Assembly (NCBI GenBank): GCA_028873295.1 | Contig: JAGWKO010000002.1 | Location: 1,394-65,393 of the forward strand | Reading direction: 5' to 3' | Source: Verrucomicrobiota bacterium | Lineage (GTDB): Bacteria; Chlamydiota; Chlamydiia; Chlamydiales; SM23-39 | Length of the DNA stretch: 64,000 nucleotides | Made by a program: the position numbers and the translations under genes | Notes under the pieces: model-generated | The model's input: only the letters and a program-made list of their open reading frames with translations | The model's database searches: none | What the model was told of the DNA's origin: nothing | Shown: positions 61,511-64,000 of the stretch, piece after piece | Position numbering within the stretch: the stretch's first letter is position 1 | Layout of the letters: the number at the start of each line of letters is the position of its first letter

Positions 61511-64000
61511 ATGCGATCGAAGCTGCTCTTTTCCCTTTGTTTTTCTGCGATTTGTATTTCAATAAGTGCTGTAGCCCAAGTTCTTCCTCCCAAGACTCAA
61601 CAGCCTAATTGGCGATGTGAAGTTGTAAGCAGTTATGCAAATGGCGTCCCACAGCAAATGATTTTTTTTGAACCTTTAGTGAGCGGCGGAGAGATCCCTG
61701 TAAAAGAGATTCTTTTCCATGAAAATGGCGCCAAGCGCGTGGAGGCGGATGTAACTGCTGGAGAAAATGGAAGGGTTTTTCATGGCGTCTCTCTGGAATG
61801 GAATGCAGAGGGGAAGCTAACTCAGATTGCCCAATATAAAATGGGCCGTCTGGACGGAGAACTCAAGGGGCTGTACTCGAGCGGTAAACCTCAGAGCATC
61901 TTGCACTATGTGGATGGACAGCTGGAAGGGAGCGCGGAAATTTTTTTTGAAACAGGGCGCATCAAAGAAGAGGCTTCCTATGTTGCAGGGAAATTGCAGG
62001 GAAAGAGCACTCAATATTATGAGAATGGGAATAGGGCAAAACTGTCCTATTTTGAAGGGGGAGAGGTACATGGTTTTGCATGTGAATGGTTCCCTTCCGG
62101 AATACTCAAACAGCAGCTCTCCTATTCTCATGGCGTTCTTCATGGCGATGCGCAGAATCCTGCTGTTTTGAGCTATAACGAGGAAGGGGATCTTGTAGAA
62201 GTGAGCGATTTTCGCGAAGGCGTGCGCTCTGGCATGCATATTCGTTACTACAAGAATGGGAAAAAGGCTTATCGCGTACTGTATAAAAATAATAAACGAG
62301 ACGGTAAGGAGCAGTTTTTTAACGAAGAGGGGGAGATTATTGGCGAAGGCCTCTTCAAAGAAGGTGTAGCCATGGGGATGCACTGGTGTGACTACCCTTC
62401 AGGAACTGCCGCCTATCGCGCTCATTTTGATAAGAATGGAGAGTTGCTGGAGCCTATCTGCGAATACAATGCCCAGCAGATAAAGACTCGTGAATTTTCA
62501 CTTCGCGAAGATAAACTGGATGGCCCCTATTTTGAATGGTATCCCAATGGGAATCTCAAGTGTGAATTTTTCTATGACATGGGACAGTTTGAGGGGGAGC
62601 AGAGAGAGTATTATGCAACGGGACAATTGAAGATTGTATCGGAATATAAGAATCATCAGCTCGATGGTGTTTTTCAAGAATGGTATGAGAATGGGGTCCT
62701 TGCAAAGAGAATCTTTTTTGCTCATGGAGCAAGAGATGGTCAGGCAGGAGAGTGGTATGAAAATGGCAATCGCAAAGTAGACAGCTGGTTTCAGAACAAC
62801 CTTGCAGATGGTGTCTATACGCAGTGGCATGAAAATGGAAATATTCGCATCAGCTGTGAGTTTGCGCATGGGGAAAAAAATGGGTGGCAGCGCGAATGGA
62901 ATGAAGGTGGGATGCTTGTTTTTGAGGGCTTCTTTGAAAAGGACCAACCAGACGGCACTCTCTTAACCTGGTGGGATGAAGATCATCTGCGTACCCGCTT
63001 CCATTATGAAGCAGGGAAAAGAGAAGGGAAGCAGGAGTGGTTTTATGAAAATGGCCACCCTGAAAAGGTAGCGTTTTATAAAAATGATCAACTCGATGGT
63101 CAAATGACAGGTTGGTTTGCGGACGGTTCTCTTGCTCTTTTCCAATACTACTCTATGAATAAGCGCATCGGCGACCACCTGCTCTATACTTGGCAGCAAG
63201 CAGGGCAAGATCCTATAGTAACTCACCACTTTCACTATGATGACCAGGGCCAATTGCATGGAAAGCAAAAAAATTACTACCCCACAGGGAAATTGCAAAT
63301 GGAGGCCGACTATGAGCATGGAATTGCTCATGGAGCGCGATTTGTCTGGAATGAAGCTGGGGAAAAAATCGAAGAGGCCCATTATGTGCAGGGCAAACTG
63401 GAAGGGCCATTCTGTGTGCGGATGCCTGATGGGCGGGAGCTTTTTTGTGAATATCAAAACAACTTCAAAAATGGTCTCCACACGATCTCTACATTCACCC
63501 CTCAGGGAGAAAAGAGACTCTGTTTAGAAGCGCATTTTCGCAATGATCAACTGGATGGCCTTTTCTGCGAATATGATTCTGGAGGAATTAAGCGCAGCGA
63601 GGTGCTTTTTGTACAAGGCGAAAGAGAGGGAATGGCTAAAGAATATGCCCCCACAGGACAACTTTTTTGCGTTGCTTCATTTCATAAAAATCAAAAAAAT
63701 GGCACAGAAAATGAGTACTTTCCTAGCGGAGCACTGCGCAGAGAGACTTCCTTTGTCGAGGGGAAAAAAGAGGGCGAAGAGAGGCTTTATCACGAAAATG
63801 GATTTTTAGCCGCTCTCTCTCACTACCGAAACGATTGCCTGGAAGGGTTGTCGCAAAGTTGGAATGAGAGAGGGGGCCTTGTCTTTGCAGCAGAGTATCA
63901 GGCGGGTCAAAGACATGGGAAACTTTGCAAATACCATGACAACGGTGCCTTGAAACTCGAACAGGCATTCGCCTACGATGAACCGCTTGGGGATAAGCAC
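61511..64000 (+). CDS. Very large MORN-repeat (MORN_2/YwqK-like) secreted protein, 3' end off the window
   Basis: Absent from the ORF track because there is no stop in the window. ATG at 61511 follows AGAGG. Signal peptide 'MRSKLLFSLCFSAICISISAVA'. An uninterrupted 830-codon frame holds dozens of units such as 'YYENGNRAKLSYFEGGEVHGFACEWFPSGILKQQLSYSHGVLHG'. Confidence 0.8.
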   Translation, partial: MRSKLLFSLCFSAICISISAVAQVLPPKTQQPNWRCEVVSSYANGVPQQMIFFEPLVSGGEIPVKEILFHENGAKRVEADVTAGENGRVFHGVSLEWNAEGKLTQIAQYKMGRLDGELKGLYSSGKPQSILHYVDGQLEGSAEIFFETGRIKEEASYVAGKLQGKSTQYYENGNRAKLSYFEGGEVHGFACEWFPSGILKQQLSYSHGVLHGDAQNPAVLSYNEEGDLVEVSDFREGVRSGMHIRYYKNGKKAYRVLYKNNKRDGKEQFFNEEGEIIGEGLFKEGVAMGMHWCDYPSGTAAYRAHFDKNGELLEPICEYNAQQIKTREFSLREDKLDGPYFEWYPNGNLKCEFFYDMGQFEGEQREYYATGQLKIVSEYKNHQLDGVFQEWYENGVLAKRIFFAHGARDGQAGEWYENGNRKVDSWFQNNLADGVYTQWHENGNIRISCEFAHGEKNGWQREWNEGGMLVFEGFFEKDQPDGTLLTWWDEDHLRTRFHYEAGKREGKQEWFYENGHPEKVAFYKNDQLDGQMTGWFADGSLALFQYYSMNKRIGDHLLYTWQQAGQDPIVTHHFHYDDQGQLHGKQKNYYPTGKLQMEADYEHGIAHGARFVWNEAGEKIEEAHYVQGKLEGPFCVRMPDGRELFCEYQNNFKNGLHTISTFTPQGEKRLCLEAHFRNDQLDGLFCEYDSGGIKRSEVLFVQGEREGMAKEYAPTGQLFCVASFHKNQKNGTENEYFPSGALRRETSFVEGKKEGEERLYHENGFLAALSHYRNDCLEGLSQSWNERGGLVFAAEYQAGQRHGKLCKYHDNGALKLEQAFAYDEPLGDKH

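Noticed and set aside
61817-63481. Minus-strand ORFs 61817..62383, 62498..62947 and 62963..63481.
   Set aside because: They are antisense to the uninterrupted 830-codon MORN-repeat frame on the plus strand.
1-64000. Scan for CRISPR arrays, rRNA genes, integrases or prophage modules, and T6SS genes.
   Set aside because: I saw no regularly spaced direct repeats, rRNA-like sequence, phage structural or integrase genes, or VgrG/Hcp/PAAR genes. The only RNA gene found is tRNA-Ala.

Overview
This looks like a 64 kb chromosomal window from a Chlamydia-related (environmental Chlamydiae-type) bacterium. That call is inferred from gene content. The window has a sigma-66-type rpoD and a Euo-like tandem-HTH gene beside tsp-gltX. 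It also has a MOMP-like beta-barrel with a 'GNPAAP' motif, a cysteine-rich OMP, Inc-like proteins (bilobed hydrophobic segment plus coiled coil), MORN-repeat proteins and an atypical T2SS. Most of the window is tightly packed housekeeping DNA, and many gene junctions overlap by 4-20 nt. Housekeeping genes include ispA, recA, glk, recC/B/D, rpsT, rpoD, tRNA-Ala(GGC), aspC-like, mreC, an MsbA-like ABC exporter, gltX, tsp, ispF, mutY, uvrB and gspD/E/F with pseudopilins. Accessory content includes a truncated AAA+ ATPase, a decayed ISAs1-type IS and a GxxExxY gene at the left edge. There is also a 1778-aa Rhs/YD-repeat protein whose C-terminal domain carries a GHSGG (alpha/beta-hydrolase-like) motif, a RecQ helicase fused to a ComF/PRTase-like domain, a CoiA-like gene and a TagF-like glycerophosphotransferase. 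Two CDSs are missing from the ORF track because they run off the window: 1..635 (-) and 61511..64000 (+). The strongest signals not explained by genes are of two kinds. First, an exact 18-bp perfect palindrome, TGTAAAGCCGGCTTTACA, occurs at least four times: twice inside CDSs in two different frames, once supplying a stop codon, and once intergenic. Second, there is a family of hairpin-forming MITE/REP-like elements at 41722-41857, 45159-45259 (flanked by a direct repeat and sitting on overlapping convergent stop codons) and 52150-52304, plus a fragment at 28253-28287. I saw no CRISPR array, rRNA or intact prophage. All function calls come from motif recognition by eye, not from database searches.
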